IMG/VR virus record: IMGVR_UViG_3300023210_000076
Span: 1-40,795 of that record
From: a virus
Taxonomy: Duplodnaviria > Caudoviricetes
Reading direction: 5' to 3' (one strand)
Length of the DNA stretch: 40,795 nt
Positions 1 through 9,803 of this stretch are shown here, one piece after another; the first letter of the stretch is position 1; the number at the start of each line of letters is the position of its first letter. The position numbers and the translations under genes are program-made. The notes below the pieces were generated by a model. It did no database searches. It was not told where the DNA came from and saw only the letters and a list, made by a program, of their open reading frames with translations.

Positions 1-738
1 GCCTTCATCTAGATCTATTTCATAGCCCTCATCATTGACAGCCGTTAATATATCATCGTACATAGGATCATCATCGTCAATAGATTTGCCGTCGACGAAA
101 ATATAGGTCATTCCATCATCTGTTGTTAATTCCCATTCTTTATTGCCATAAGTACCAGATGCTGTTCTATTTCTGCCATCAACCTCTCCGTCAAAGACTG
201 CAATTTTGGACCCTGTTCGTTTTAGTTTTTTCTTCTTCATTACAGCTTTCGTATTGAATGTACCGCCGCTTTTTTCTGCAACTCCATCTTCTAATCCTTT
301 TGACAATGCATATTTCACAATTGCATCATCGATTATTTTTGATAGTTCATCTTTTTTTTCTTTAGTCATTCCGTCATCTGTATTATCAAGTTCATTTGGA
401 TTAACGATACTAGTAGAAGTTTCAGAATTTGGAAAACTCAGCGAAGTCTGTAAGGTTATTATATCCCCGGTAACTGGAGTAAAGTTCAGAACTTTACGCA
501 ATGCCGAGATATTGTCTACATCTCCCGCGATGCCTTTAGCTTCAAACGTTGTTCCGTTTGGAATGTCAGGACCAGATATTGTACCATTGTATTCGAAATA
601 TGGAAGCTTTAGAAATGAGTCCTTTAGAGTTTCATGCTTTGTTATTTTCACTTTGTATGGTGATTCAAATAATATCGAAGCATCGTTACTTCTAGCCTTA
701 CCTTTAAATAATCGCTTATAATTTTCTTGCAGGTTCAT
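1..738 (-). CDS. Hypothetical protein, putative internal head protein (3'-truncated by window edge; not in ORF track)
   Basis: ATG at 738 preceded by AAGGA; frame reads MNLQENYKRLFKGKARSNDASILFESP... and appears open to position 1; N-terminal LxE motifs. Confidence 0.75.
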   Translation of the reverse strand, partial: MNLQENYKRLFKGKARSNDASILFESPYKVKITKHETLKDSFLKLPYFEYNGTISGPDIPNGTTFEAKGIAGDVDNISALRKVLNFTPVTGDIITLQTSLSFPNSETSTSIVNPNELDNTDDGMTKEKKDELSKIIDDAIVKYALSKGLEDGVAEKSGGTFNTKAVMKKKKLKRTGSKIAVFDGEVDGRNRTASGTYGNKEWELTTDDGMTYIFVDGKSIDDDDPMYDDILTAVNDEGYEIDLDEG

Positions 739-748
739 TTTCTTTCCT

Positions 749-1033
749 TCAACTTAATAAATCTAATAATATTTTTGCAGCTTCAGCTTGCTCTTCAGGC
801 TCAGCATCAATATATGATCTTAATTCACTATATGCATCTTTAATATTTTTATCAGTGCTAGCCTGTACATCATCGTAGAAGTCACCCATTTCATCTGTAA
901 TATTATCTGTCATATTATTACCAGCTGATGATTGATCATAAATATATTGCACAGCATTTCTGAAGTCTTTATCCAATGCTAAATTAACTTCGTTTAGACG
1001 GTACCCACCTATTCTTCTAAATGTTTCTAACAA
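749..1033 (-). CDS. Small acidic hypothetical protein, putative internal head protein
   Basis: 94 aa ORF with TTG start, basic leader then RLNE; upstream ATATTTAT motif at 1064-1071; start uncertain. Confidence 0.65.
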   Translation of the reverse strand: MLETFRRIGGYRLNEVNLALDKDFRNAVQYIYDQSSAGNNMTDNITDEMGDFYDDVQASTDKNIKDAYSELRSYIDAEPEEQAEAAKILLDLLS

Positions 1034-1074
1034 TGGTTTTTTATTTTAATTCCTTTATATGATATAAATATACA

Positions 1075-1461
1075 TTACAAATCGATTCTACGCATTAGTT
1101 CCAATGAAATCGGTCTTAAATCGTCATCTGATGTTAACAGCAATGTATTTTCGTATGCCGGCCAATTTATTATAAATGTTTTATCCAGCACTCCATTATT
1201 TGCCTTTCGGATTATCACATTCAAAGCATTAACCGTATATAATGTATTAGTTTCTTTTTTTCTATGTATTGATATTGTGTTTGGTGTCTTTGCAAAAGCA
1301 CCTCTTTCAATATTATAAGTTAAATATAAATCACTTTTATTGTCATCATCTGCAAAAACAAATATGCGACGCTCTGCTACCGTATAAGACTTAGTGATAT
1401 AATCTGATATCAAATCTAAATCCTTTCTATGAGCGAATGTGCATAATAACTGTGTTTTCAA
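1075..1461 (-). CDS. Hypothetical phage protein
   Basis: 128 aa ORF packed between neighbours (KTQLLCTF...IHRKKETNTLYTVNALN); no recognisable catalytic motif. Confidence 0.75.
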   Translation of the reverse strand: MKTQLLCTFAHRKDLDLISDYITKSYTVAERRIFVFADDDNKSDLYLTYNIERGAFAKTPNTISIHRKKETNTLYTVNALNVIIRKANNGVLDKTFIINWPAYENTLLLTSDDDLRPISLELMRRIDL

Positions 1462-1471
1462 TTTATAATCC

Positions 1472-2887
1472 CTAGTTTAATCCTTCGGCTGCGGAAGCAA
1501 ATCTACCTACCGGTCTACCAGAATATGACATTCCTACTGAATGAGCTCCTTGAGTTGCTCCGCCGCAGATGCATTCATCAGTCGGTACAAAATACATTGT
1601 CCGTTCATCCGATACATAAAATATAACTCCTTTGCCATCTGCATGGGCAATTCCCTTTAATCTCATCTCACGATCTAATTCTTCTTGTATTTTCATCATT
1701 GCTTCGGATTCATTATTAACATTGCCATATACATTATCTAAAGATTCGATGATGCTCATTTTGCCGGATTTTATAGGTTTGGATAATGCCGGTAGAACTC
1801 GTTTAACATTAAACTCTTTTGTACCCATACCCACATCCTTCCTCATGACATTAGCTAATTCTGAAGTGGCGAATGTTGTCATACCTAATCTAATATACTC
1901 GTTCTTATTCGTTATTAGCTCTTTAACATGCCATGGATCGCCATTGATACTAACATCATGTGTTGCATTTGCTCCGCCTAATTCCCCTCTATCGAACATC
2001 AAAGGTATGATAAATTCACCACGGCCCATCTCCGTTCCTTTAGATCCTCCTCGAGCCGTTCCGATATCAGCAATGCCAGCGAATGACTCTGGTATTTTAT
2101 AGCCTTTATCACCGCCGGTGGTTGGTAATTGGGCTAAACTAAATAAATGGGTTTCTAGTTCATTTGCTGGTATATTATATATCTCATCGACTACTTCATC
2201 TATATACCTGGCTGTATATGTAGCTGATGCAATATCATACAATGTAAAATATAATTTTTGTAATTTTTCGGGTGAAATTTTTCCTTCGACTGTATCTAAC
2301 CATTCCTGCCAATGGTCCTCTTCTGCAAATTTTCCAATCTCGCGGTTAGGTTTGGTTACCAATCTACCCGTTGCAGTTTTTACTTGTCTAGACATTGGAC
2401 TAAAATCTTTCTTATTCATGTCCTTTTCTAAATATCCGGTAATTTTATCAACCTCTGATTTATTAAGTTGGTATTTTTTACCTCCTATTGTAATTAACGC
2501 CTCTCGTATATTAACTGGCTTCGCATCATTAAATGCCTGATCGAGCTGATCAACTTCTGTTAAATTTTCTAATCCACCAGTCTTCTCAAGTTCTTCAAAA
2601 TAATCATCTATGTTTTTATAATTATCATGAACATTGTCCCATTCATCTTCCAGTTCATCTATTAACTGATCTAACTCTCTTGGTGATTTATCTTCAAATT
2701 TTGGGTTACTCATTACGAATCGCTCAATCTCATCTCTATCCGATGATCGGCTGAATTCATTTAATGAAATGCCATGTTTAGCCAACACTTCATCTAATAT
2801 ATCTAATTCGGTTTTTGTGTATGGTGCATCGGCATACCCTTTCGGTAGTTCGTAAAACCATTCTCTTACTAATCCATCTATATCCAT
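1472..2887 (-). CDS. Hypothetical protein with C-terminal PD-(D/E)xK nuclease-like region
   Basis: 471 aa; acidic N-terminal part with several L/I/V-x-E sites; C-terminal MGRGEF...HDVSINGDPWHVKE resembles a restriction-endonuclease-like core; upstream ATATTTAT at 2905-2912. Confidence 0.5.
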   Translation of the reverse strand: MDIDGLVREWFYELPKGYADAPYTKTELDILDEVLAKHGISLNEFSRSSDRDEIERFVMSNPKFEDKSPRELDQLIDELEDEWDNVHDNYKNIDDYFEELEKTGGLENLTEVDQLDQAFNDAKPVNIREALITIGGKKYQLNKSEVDKITGYLEKDMNKKDFSPMSRQVKTATGRLVTKPNREIGKFAEEDHWQEWLDTVEGKISPEKLQKLYFTLYDIASATYTARYIDEVVDEIYNIPANELETHLFSLAQLPTTGGDKGYKIPESFAGIADIGTARGGSKGTEMGRGEFIIPLMFDRGELGGANATHDVSINGDPWHVKELITNKNEYIRLGMTTFATSELANVMRKDVGMGTKEFNVKRVLPALSKPIKSGKMSIIESLDNVYGNVNNESEAMMKIQEELDREMRLKGIAHADGKGVIFYVSDERTMYFVPTDECICGGATQGAHSVGMSYSGRPVGRFASAAEGLN

Positions 2888-2911
2888 ATTGCAAACTCTT
2901 TTTAATAAATA

Positions 2912-4261
2912 TTACGTAGTTCTCGAAGTCACGTCTTTCATACCCTGATAATTAATCCCGGCTTTTATTTTAACTGGAAATTTACCATCTACTGAGATTG
3001 TATTCTTAATGTCGATCAGAAACTGCTTTCCATCATCTAAATTATAATCGAACAGTAATGAATCATATGTATATAAAATTAACTTGCTTTTATATGATTG
3101 TATCATTTCATTTACATCATTTATTATATGTAAATTATGTTCTGTCTCTCCGGCTTGGAGTTGATAATTGAATAATTTATTTGGATTCATTTCATGTAAA
3201 TGTTCTGCAAACATCGGCCGTTTAAATCGCTCTGTCTTAATAAATCCATAACGTTTATAAGCCTTCCATAAACTAGATACATATTGTTTCACTTCTCCAA
3301 AAAACGGTATCTCTGCAAAGTCTTTATCTATACCTCCATATAACAATCTAAACGTTATCTGCTTTGATTGCCCATATTGTTCTTCGGTTAATGCATCTAC
3401 ACCAAAATATTGCTTTCCGAAATACTCATGTATAGAGCCATCTGGTAAATCAAAATCTATTATATCGGCTATCAACCGTACGTGAAATGCATCATAATCT
3501 AATTCCAATAACATGCCATGTTCATGTCGTGATACAAATGAGGCACGGCTGCCATCTTCTTTATTCAAGGCAGCATAATTAACTCCACCGAACTTGTTAG
3601 ACGGTCTGCCGGTTGATGTATATAAATTATATTCGGTGTATACTTTACCATTTTGTATTCCATTGGCTTGAAACTTTTCTGTATATACATTAGCATCTAC
3701 ATGTAATCCATTTTGTTCTATTGCAAAGAAATTATCAATAGCATATGCATCATATTGTTTAAAATAAGGCGTCATTTCAAATGATGTATATGACTTCATG
3801 AATTCCTTTCTCATTGATGTACATCGTTCAATATGCCTGGTTATTGGTAACCAATCATTTGTATTTGTTTCATTATGCCACCAACGATTCCATATATCAT
3901 GTGCCATGGTATTTGTCTCAGTTAATGGTAACATTTTATGAGTTTGCCACCATGCCATTAAGTCAGCATCATAGCATTGCTTGGAGAAGAAATTACCGAA
4001 GCGCTTCTTGGCTAGTACAAAGATATCACCCTGACTTGTAACCTGTTGCAGACGTTCTATATCCTGGTTCATACAGTCCTTATGACGGAATGGTAATATA
4101 AAGTCTAGATCATCCTTAATACTATAAATGTATATAAATGATAACCGATTATTAACATAATGTTTAAACGCATCTGAATATACTGGTATCCAGAAACTAT
4201 CTGAGTCAGATATGGATTTGGTTAGGTATTCGAAATCATTATCACATTCTACAATTATCAT
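2912..4261 (-). CDS. polA: Divergent family A DNA polymerase (PolA-like, short)
   Basis: TSTGRPS (motif 2), LELDYDAFHVRLIA (motif A), KQITFRLLYGG (motif B), NYQLQ (motif 6), LILYTYDSLLFD (motif C). Confidence 0.85.
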   Translation of the reverse strand: MIIVECDNDFEYLTKSISDSDSFWIPVYSDAFKHYVNNRLSFIYIYSIKDDLDFILPFRHKDCMNQDIERLQQVTSQGDIFVLAKKRFGNFFSKQCYDADLMAWWQTHKMLPLTETNTMAHDIWNRWWHNETNTNDWLPITRHIERCTSMRKEFMKSYTSFEMTPYFKQYDAYAIDNFFAIEQNGLHVDANVYTEKFQANGIQNGKVYTEYNLYTSTGRPSNKFGGVNYAALNKEDGSRASFVSRHEHGMLLELDYDAFHVRLIADIIDFDLPDGSIHEYFGKQYFGVDALTEEQYGQSKQITFRLLYGGIDKDFAEIPFFGEVKQYVSSLWKAYKRYGFIKTERFKRPMFAEHLHEMNPNKLFNYQLQAGETEHNLHIINDVNEMIQSYKSKLILYTYDSLLFDYNLDDGKQFLIDIKNTISVDGKFPVKIKAGINYQGMKDVTSRTT

Positions 4262-4266
4262 ACCTT

Positions 4267-4296
4267 AATATAAGTATAATTTTTCAATAAACCAAA
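4267..4296 (-). promoter_or_regulatory. Bipartite promoter TTTGG-N18-TTATATT upstream of polymerase
   Basis: Same elements and 18-nt spacing at four loci; resembles Bacteroidota -33 TTTG / -7 TAnnTTTG consensus. Confidence 0.65.
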
Positions 4297-4297
4297 T

Positions 4298-5026
4298 TTA
4301 TACAGGGAAAAGTATTCGATCAACACCAGAAATTTCTTTTGGTCCTTCATATGGGACTAAATCTTCACGTATATGATATAGTCCTACAAAATTACTACCA
4401 GCGCTATTATTATATTGGCCTCCGGATGTATATCGATTATCTATAGGCATATCATATTTCACTAACAAAAATTCGGTTGGGTCGGTAAATAAATATGTTC
4501 CGACACCGGGGATTGTTTTTTCGAGTTCAGCTAACACGTTAAGATTCCAATCTAGTACATATTCTGGATCACCGGTTATTCGCCAAAGGCATTTATCACG
4601 TCGATATACATATTCATTTAAGCCGCCTAAATTAAATCTGTTTAATGTTTTAAACTGTTCTTTATCGACTTCGAAAATACGATGCGGTTCATTACGTTTT
4701 TGAACTACGTATCTTTCAACGAATCCATTTAGGTATTCTTCTTGTAATATAATTTTATAATAGATCTCCGGTGGTGCATAATCTGTAAATAATTTACGAG
4801 AGACTTTAAGATATGTCTGGCATATAGGGTTTTGTAATGGCTCAATAAATTTAATCAATTCTTTGCTGGTCTTGGGATTATATTCTGCATCTGAATAGAT
4901 TGCACCTGTTTTATATATATGATAATCTCCTACATATTCTTTGAGAGTATCCGTATACATATATTGAGAACCCCGAGTTGATTCTGTCCTCACTGATCCA
5001 GGTAATGCTAATAAAGGTCTTTTCAT
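4298..5026 (-). CDS. Hypothetical protein, probably baseplate-associated
   Basis: 242 aa, last gene of baseplate operon; repeated YVGDYHI / FVGLYHI modules at N- and C-termini. Confidence 0.55.
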   Translation of the reverse strand: MKRPLLALPGSVRTESTRGSQYMYTDTLKEYVGDYHIYKTGAIYSDAEYNPKTSKELIKFIEPLQNPICQTYLKVSRKLFTDYAPPEIYYKIILQEEYLNGFVERYVVQKRNEPHRIFEVDKEQFKTLNRFNLGGLNEYVYRRDKCLWRITGDPEYVLDWNLNVLAELEKTIPGVGTYLFTDPTEFLLVKYDMPIDNRYTSGGQYNNSAGSNFVGLYHIREDLVPYEGPKEISGVDRILFPV

Positions 5027-5038
5027 GGGTCTTCCTAA

Positions 5039-6769
5039 TTATCCAACTAATCTGGCTACTGTTTGTATCTGGGTAGTCCAATCTTGGTTTTGTACTGTAT
5101 GTGTAACTCTAGTGACAGTAAATGCTGTATTATTTGCCCAATTAGTACCTGATAAACTGGTCATAGCAATTGCATGGCCAAATTCAATCCCAGCGGTTCC
5201 ATTTATTGTCAACGATAATCCGATTGGATATGCTTTAGAAGATTTACTGACTAGATCACCTACTGGTGCATCTGCAAGTGCTTTCCGCAATACACCTCCA
5301 ATTGCTCCGGTATCACTGTAACCGCTTTGCACTAATTTGTTTTTTGCATCCGTTATATCAGCAGGGGTCGGTGCTTTAGCTGATTTAACACCAGGATCGC
5401 CTGCAACACTACCATTTGCAAATGCCTCCGCTTGAATTCCTTGTGGTATATCACCACTAAATGTAGCAGAACGAACGCCCCCTTCTCCGGAAACATCATC
5501 ATATACAGTAGAGCCGACTTCAGTTTCTTTATTTTTCATATTAACAATACAAGGATTTGGATTACCAGCAGCTGTATCCGGATCATTCATTACTATCAAA
5601 TCTATAAAGCCTCCGGTACTTTCTTTTATCAAACCAAACAATGCGGAGAAAAATCCTTCGATATCTAATCTCGTGCCCGGGGATGCTGCATCAGCAGCTT
5701 TTTTTGCTGCAGTGTCTTGATTACCGGTTGATAGATTGCTCATTATAGCCATTAGAGCTGACATTGATATCATTATTTTTTTACAGTCACCATCACCCAT
5801 ATCTGCAACTTGCGCAGTACTAGTACTAATAGTATTCGGCACTCCTAATATAGACTTTATCATTCCTACTACACCAGCATCTGCAGGCGAACCATAATCA
5901 GAGACAGTATTCAATGGAATCAGCACACGTACTGGATCAGCTGATATTAAAGGAATTCCTCCGGGTAATGACGTTTCAGTTGAGCCGGCTTTGAGATACT
6001 TCATATCAAACATTCCTCCGGCAAGTCCATTATTTATTTCTGTTATGAGATGGCCTAATGTTACATAATACAATGCATTCTTAAAACCGATGAGGCCGGT
6101 GGTACCACCGGCATCTCCGCTAGCTTGTAAATTCGATGGTGCCATAAACAAGACAAATTTACCGGGGACACCATTACCATGATCCAATGCAGCAGAAAAA
6201 GGGTTTGTTTTACATGCTTTAAAAATTTGATGGGCTATTATGTCTAGGAAACTAGTTGCTTTTGTTGTCTCTGATTCCCATACTCCGTTTTTATAAAAAT
6301 CCTGACCACCACCTGGATTATTACCGGCGACATCTTTTTTCATCAACTCCAATCCTTTACCTACTCCGGTAACGGTTACAGTCCATTTCCCGGTTTTATC
6401 ATTTGAAAAACTATGTTTATATACGGTTACTTCTTTCGATACACCTCCAACGGTAACAGTTATAGGCTTTCCTATTCCAGCATCTCCGTTAATAATACCA
6501 TTGAATGCTCCTGATGTATATGCGGTTGCTTGAAATTCAGCTCTTGTCAATGCCCCGGCATCTCCTTCCAATATTATCTTTGCATAATTTAGTATTGTAT
6601 CCGGTCTTCCCTGACCAGCACCGGTAGCTAAAAACGGCGAAGATGATCCACCACCGCCTACTCCTACTGAAGCAGTGCCATTCGGGCGCCTACCATATCC
6701 TTTCGAATAAACTCCAGCACCGCCAGTTGGTGGTGGCGCTCCGCCGCGTACAAATACATTCTGAGCCAT
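5039..6769 (-). CDS. Putative baseplate hub protein (gpD/gp27/Mu gp44-like)
   Basis: Follows LysM gene; C-terminus LSLTINGTAGIEFG...FTVTRVTHTVQNQDWTTQIQT matches the pattern of hub C-terminal barrels. Confidence 0.6.
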   Translation of the reverse strand: MAQNVFVRGGAPPPTGGAGVYSKGYGRRPNGTASVGVGGGGSSSPFLATGAGQGRPDTILNYAKIILEGDAGALTRAEFQATAYTSGAFNGIINGDAGIGKPITVTVGGVSKEVTVYKHSFSNDKTGKWTVTVTGVGKGLELMKKDVAGNNPGGGQDFYKNGVWESETTKATSFLDIIAHQIFKACKTNPFSAALDHGNGVPGKFVLFMAPSNLQASGDAGGTTGLIGFKNALYYVTLGHLITEINNGLAGGMFDMKYLKAGSTETSLPGGIPLISADPVRVLIPLNTVSDYGSPADAGVVGMIKSILGVPNTISTSTAQVADMGDGDCKKIMISMSALMAIMSNLSTGNQDTAAKKAADAASPGTRLDIEGFFSALFGLIKESTGGFIDLIVMNDPDTAAGNPNPCIVNMKNKETEVGSTVYDDVSGEGGVRSATFSGDIPQGIQAEAFANGSVAGDPGVKSAKAPTPADITDAKNKLVQSGYSDTGAIGGVLRKALADAPVGDLVSKSSKAYPIGLSLTINGTAGIEFGHAIAMTSLSGTNWANNTAFTVTRVTHTVQNQDWTTQIQTVARLVG

Positions 6770-7056
6770 TATTTATCCTTTTCTGCTTTTTCTAATTGAA
6801 TATCAAAATAATCTAGATTTTTTGGAATGCGTAATTGCAGTCCAACCGGGACTATCATTGACCCAGGCCGTAAATCATTTGTAATTGCAATGATCCACCA
6901 AAACTCAGGCTTGTCATAAAATTCTTTAGCTAATAAATCAAAACGATCTCCTTCACGAGAAAATATATATTCATCATCTGCTTGTACTGGGGGCTTTTCA
7001 AAACGAGCTGTTTTGTATCGAGCCTTATCTTGTTCTGTAAAATGATATCTATCCAT
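6769..7056 (-). CDS. LysM-like baseplate protein (P2 gpX / T4 gp53-like)
   Basis: REGDRFDLLAKEFYDKPEFWWIIAITND...PVGLQLRIP LysM/gpX signature. Confidence 0.85.
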   Translation of the reverse strand: MDRYHFTEQDKARYKTARFEKPPVQADDEYIFSREGDRFDLLAKEFYDKPEFWWIIAITNDLRPGSMIVPVGLQLRIPKNLDYFDIQLEKAEKDK

Positions 7057-7058
7057 AA

Positions 7059-9803
7059 TTAACTTCCATATAACACATATCCGTTGCCGGCTGCTGGTTT
7101 AACATCTCCTAGATAAATCAAGCCGGCGCTTACATTTGTATACATTGGCAGGCCATCGTATGTATCTGCTTGGTCTCCTGCTAGAGCCCATGGTGTTTCA
7201 TTATCCCAATCATATGATAATGATTCTAATAACATTGGAACATTATTATACAACGTTCCTAGAGTAAGAAATACTCCTTGGCCCCATGGACCGCCACCAT
7301 AACCCGGAGTTGTAAGATCGGCTAATGCCTTTAGTTTTTCATAAGGTGGTTTATCGGAAAATTCATATACTACTTTAAAGTTTAATTGAATTTTTCTTTC
7401 AAATGATGTATATAAATATCTAGGATCTGCTCTGTTTTGATCTGGCTCTGAAGTATATCCTGGAGAGAAATTATCTGATATGTTATCTATATATGCATTA
7501 AATTCAATGTCATTAAATTTAAGCATTAATATCTCACCGGTGTTGACAGCTTTATTATATTCTTGTTTTGTCGAGTCTATTTCGGCGCCGGCGTTTAAAA
7601 AATCTACAGTCTGGAATCCTGTGGTCCCATCACTTTTTATCCGAGCTGAATATGGTTGTCTATCCTTTGTTACCTTTCGTATCTCACCATAAGTCATTGT
7701 CTTATATATCTGCAATGCGCTATTACCTGGCATTAATGTACTATCATGAGATGCTGGATTAGCCTGAACCTGGTTTAATGGCACTGGATTTTTAATGCCG
7801 TCAAAATCAGATTCTATTCGTTTAGAAGCAAGTTCATCAGCTCCAGATTCGCCATCTGTTATATTACCGCCTACATATGGTTTATACTTTTCATTATCCG
7901 GTCCAAATTTCCGGAAATCTATATCAGTCTTTTTAAATTCTTTACGGTCATATGCTGCTTGGCCAATTGACTTATATTCTAATTCACTAGTTCTGCCAGA
8001 ATCCAGATTTTCAGATTCTTGGCCAGTTGCCCATTTTCCTGTAAGTGGATCTCTTTCTTGTACGTAAACACTATCATTGGGTCCGTCATTAACAGCTCTA
8101 TTTGAATTTCCACGACCATTAAACTGGCCGGTAGCACCATCCGGGGCTGTTGCGCCTTCTTTAACATCTTGCCGTAAATTACGGAGCATGTTTTCTTTAA
8201 CTTCAACTGTACCAGGTGAATGTCGATATCCTGTTGGTTCTATCAAAGTAAATGGCTCATATGGATCTACGTCATAATCACCTAATCCGTTTTTTGATAG
8301 TCTACTGGATCTGAAGTCTACTAGTTTAGCACGCGCGGCTTTAGAATCCTTGCGTAAATCATTTCCTTGTTGTATAGCATCAAAGGACTCTGGCCTTCCA
8401 TTTAATCTAGGATTGGCTACATCATCAAAGATCGGATGGGTTTTCGTAAAAGTTGCTCCTTTAACAAGCAACATGTTATTTTTAAAATGTCTTCTATCGT
8501 CTATAATGAATTGACCATAAGCACCAGTAAGGATATTATCATTATCTGTATATGGTTTTGAATAAGAATATGGAATGAAATCAGATATAATATCTATATA
8601 TTTCTGTGTTACCGGCCGGCCAAACTTATCACCGATTGTTATTTCTTGTTGATCTCCAGGTTTTGTAACGGACCATCTACGTACTGCATTTCCCTGTACA
8701 TCAAATTCTCCATCATTAAATGCAATCGATGTAGGACCAAATCGAGCAGCTAATTGTGGTATGGAAGCTCCTATACCAATTGAACTATCTCCAAATGTTC
8801 CAGATTTATTTAATAAATCTCTATAAATTAATACTAATCGGTTATCTAGAGTTGGATCAACGAGTGTCCCATCCTGTAATATACCAATATTTCGTTGTGC
8901 GATGATATCTTCGTAATTCGATGGTGGTGATGGCGGAAACGGTAAATACCCAGGTGTATCTATATCACTCTGTCCATGACTACGTATCTGCTTCCCTTTA
9001 CTTCCTGCAGATGCTGCTATTGTCTTTAAAAAGTTAGCTACCTGAAATACTTTTGATGAATTGGCATGTATCGGTATTTGAACTAATCCAGTCGAATCTT
9101 CTCTGTTAGTATTCATTAAATGGAGCAGTTGTTGCTTTCCAATCCATTGAATACCTTTAGTGCTCAGTAAAAATTTTGACATACGCTCAACGTCTATTGC
9201 TGCTCGTCTAGTTGCTGTAATAATTCCACCTCTAGGTAAATCTACTTGGGAGCCTTTGACTCCTTTTTTACCCCATACTTCCGGATCTGATGAATCATTT
9301 TTCTGAATACCTCTTAGTATATATGGCTGTTCTGGTGTGCCGGTTGGGTTCCATGCTTCTTCACGTACTTTGAATTTATTGTACATGTCATCGATTGGAG
9401 ATTTTTTTGTATATGTATCTGCCAATCCACTGTTTGTTAAAGAATTATATATATTACCGTATTTATTTTTAAAATGAAATCCAGTCCGGGGCTTATCAAA
9501 TTTATGGACTTGTCCTTTAGGACCTATAGGAAATTGCGAACCTATACCTAACTGATTTAATCTACTAGATGTTCCATGAAATGATGTAGTTGCATTATCA
9601 ATATAAAATTCATTGGCCGATGTTAAAGGCAATGATGATAATCGAAAACCATTATTATCAAATCCGCGAGGTAATGCCGAAAAACTAGAATCATCATTAC
9701 TTGCAAATCTAGTTGATTCGCGGCTAGCGTTTGGGAGATATCCTACAGGCTTGCCATTTGACGAATACCATGATAAATCTGATTTTAAATCTGTTAATGC
9801 CAT
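7059..9803 (-). CDS. Large baseplate protein with C-terminal tail-tube-initiator-like domain
   Basis: 914 aa directly after tape measure; C-terminal FNAYIDNISDNFS...RADPRYLYTSFERKIQLNFKV...LTLGTLYNNVP...SLSYDW...PW is tube-fold/initiator-like. Confidence 0.6.
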   Translation of the reverse strand: MALTDLKSDLSWYSSNGKPVGYLPNASRESTRFASNDDSSFSALPRGFDNNGFRLSSLPLTSANEFYIDNATTSFHGTSSRLNQLGIGSQFPIGPKGQVHKFDKPRTGFHFKNKYGNIYNSLTNSGLADTYTKKSPIDDMYNKFKVREEAWNPTGTPEQPYILRGIQKNDSSDPEVWGKKGVKGSQVDLPRGGIITATRRAAIDVERMSKFLLSTKGIQWIGKQQLLHLMNTNREDSTGLVQIPIHANSSKVFQVANFLKTIAASAGSKGKQIRSHGQSDIDTPGYLPFPPSPPSNYEDIIAQRNIGILQDGTLVDPTLDNRLVLIYRDLLNKSGTFGDSSIGIGASIPQLAARFGPTSIAFNDGEFDVQGNAVRRWSVTKPGDQQEITIGDKFGRPVTQKYIDIISDFIPYSYSKPYTDNDNILTGAYGQFIIDDRRHFKNNMLLVKGATFTKTHPIFDDVANPRLNGRPESFDAIQQGNDLRKDSKAARAKLVDFRSSRLSKNGLGDYDVDPYEPFTLIEPTGYRHSPGTVEVKENMLRNLRQDVKEGATAPDGATGQFNGRGNSNRAVNDGPNDSVYVQERDPLTGKWATGQESENLDSGRTSELEYKSIGQAAYDRKEFKKTDIDFRKFGPDNEKYKPYVGGNITDGESGADELASKRIESDFDGIKNPVPLNQVQANPASHDSTLMPGNSALQIYKTMTYGEIRKVTKDRQPYSARIKSDGTTGFQTVDFLNAGAEIDSTKQEYNKAVNTGEILMLKFNDIEFNAYIDNISDNFSPGYTSEPDQNRADPRYLYTSFERKIQLNFKVVYEFSDKPPYEKLKALADLTTPGYGGGPWGQGVFLTLGTLYNNVPMLLESLSYDWDNETPWALAGDQADTYDGLPMYTNVSAGLIYLGDVKPAAGNGYVLYGS

